Program-made: the position numbers and the translations under genes
Notes under the pieces: model-generated
What the model saw: the letters and a program-made list of their open reading frames with translations, nothing else
Database searches by the model: none
What the model was told of the DNA's origin: nothing
Source: a virus
Lineage: Duplodnaviria; Caudoviricetes
Virus record (IMG/VR): IMGVR_UViG_3300032163_000012
Location: 726 to 64,725 of that record
Length of the DNA: 64,000 bases
Strand: one strand, 5' to 3'
Shown here: positions 63,703 through 64,000 of the stretch, in pieces
How positions within the stretch are numbered: position 1 is the first letter of the stretch
How the letters are laid out: each line of letters begins with the position of its first letter

Positions 63703-64000
63703 CTATTTGCTCCCTTCTGCGGTAGCGCCGGCAACGGAAAGGCTGATTTCCTGCTGGCGGGTGAGATTGCGGGTAGCGTTGCCGTCCTGGTCAACGAAAA
63801 AGATCGTTGCTGGCGGCGCGGCCTTCGGCAGCTTCGTGCTGACCTCTGCCTGCATGATGATGGGCGGTTCCACCAGCTTATGCTGGCCTTCGCCCAGCGT
63901 CCCGACGGTGATTTTCAGGTTCACGGTTGCGGGTTTGCCGTGCTCCCGGACTGCGGCGATAGCGTCGTGAAACGCTTGCGCCAGTTGTTCGAGGGCGTTG
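63703..64000 (-). CDS. small partner gene upstream of DUF2303 (5' end outside window)
   Basis: open frame from the edge: DAIAAVREHGKPATVNLKITV...KLPK...TIFFVDQDGNATR. Confidence 0.75.
   Translation of the reverse strand, partial: NALEQLAQAFHDAIAAVREHGKPATVNLKITVGTLGEGQHKLVEPPIIMQAEVSTKLPKAAPPATIFFVDQDGNATRNLTRQQEISLSVAGATAEGSK

Overview
The window is almost entirely one GC-rich tailed-phage genome with podovirus-type genes, probably most of a circularly permuted genome of about 64 kb or slightly more. Both edges cut through minus-strand genes, and I see no host genes, integrase or CI-type repressor. From left to right it holds: divergent promoters; a recombination/replication operon (PD-(D/E)XK nuclease, putative annealase, Rad50/SMC-like ATPase, sigma-70 region 4 protein, DUF1376 initiator, helicase loader); a leftward operon of small early genes; terS, a parS-like palindrome, an initiator-type tRNA-Met, terL and a P22-like portal; an inserted fibre/methyltransferase/glycosyltransferase block; scaffold, N4-gp56-type capsid, tail and tailspike genes; ejection proteins including a 4436-aa DarB-like polyvalent protein; a lysis cassette; and a leftward DUF2303/KTSC operon. 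Size and layout resemble Bcep22-like podophages (inference). The strongest leads are: (1) two RBS-led genes apparently overprinted in the +1 frame inside linkers of the giant gene; (2) a small twin-arginine protein containing two capsid-like segments in swapped order; (3) a host-chromosome-type parS site in a phage with no parA or standalone parB; (4) an initiator tRNA missing one of the three G-C anticodon-stem pairs. All family assignments come from motif recognition by eye, not database searches.
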